IMG/VR virus record: IMGVR_UViG_3300027899_000001
Span: 248,001-312,000 of that record
Length of the DNA: 64,000 bases
Strand: one strand, 5' to 3'
Shown here: piece by piece, positions 63,992 through 64,000 of the stretch
Layout: each line of letters begins with the position of its first letter
How positions within the stretch are numbered: position 1 is the first letter of the stretch
Program-made: the position numbers and the translations under genes
Notes under the pieces: model-generated
Told to the model about the DNA's origin: nothing
Seen by the model: the letters and a program-made list of their open reading frames with translations, nothing else
Databases searched by the model: none

Positions 63992-64000
63992 TTTATGAAG

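Noticed and set aside
1-64000. Stop-codon reassignment (code 15 or 4)
   Set aside because: Recognisable genes are full length in code 11 with dense packing, and both TAG and TGA terminate genes at expected ends.
1-64000. CRISPR array, rRNA, integrase or IS transposase
   Set aside because: No repeat-spacer periodicity or diagnostic motifs seen. The TnsA-like nuclease at 14149 lacks the other Tn7 genes.

Overview
A very AT-rich segment of a large T4-like myophage (jumbo-type) genome. The host is probably a Bacteroidota member; this is inferred from a DUF4494-like gene and A-rich leaders without Shine-Dalgarno sites. Layout: (1) 1-5.3 kb, baseplate/tail structural genes (-). (2) 5.4-17 kb, small genes plus nucleotide/DNA-modification enzymes (gp42-type dCMP hydroxymethylase, dNMP kinase, C5-cytosine methyltransferase homolog, NDT-like hydrolase). 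(3) 17-28 kb, small late-type genes, many with capsid-targeting-like leaders, including a SET-domain protein, an HExxH protein, KamA and a tRNA-like element. (4) 28.4-56.3 kb (+), a glycosylation island with a T4 AGT homolog, about 14 glycosyltransferase-like ORFs, gmd, a DegT aminotransferase, an NDP-hexose 2,3-dehydratase, reductases, a sugar C-methyltransferase and several other methyltransferases. (5) 56.3-61 kb, a collagen-like protein, the gp23-type major capsid protein and a fused gp21 protease-scaffold. Five or six free-standing homing-endonuclease-like genes are scattered through the window. The most notable patterns read from the sequence are: a C-terminal K-x-K-[SP]-L-F tag shared by three candidate DNA-modifying enzymes; a 7-copy 'EKFxEESDPIxD[ML]GIG' leader on variable payloads; three endonucleases that carry a recoded replacement end of their host gene and leave the old end stranded; and a truncated capsid paralog inside the glycosylation operon. 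All family assignments come from motif recognition and recalled sequences, not database searches.
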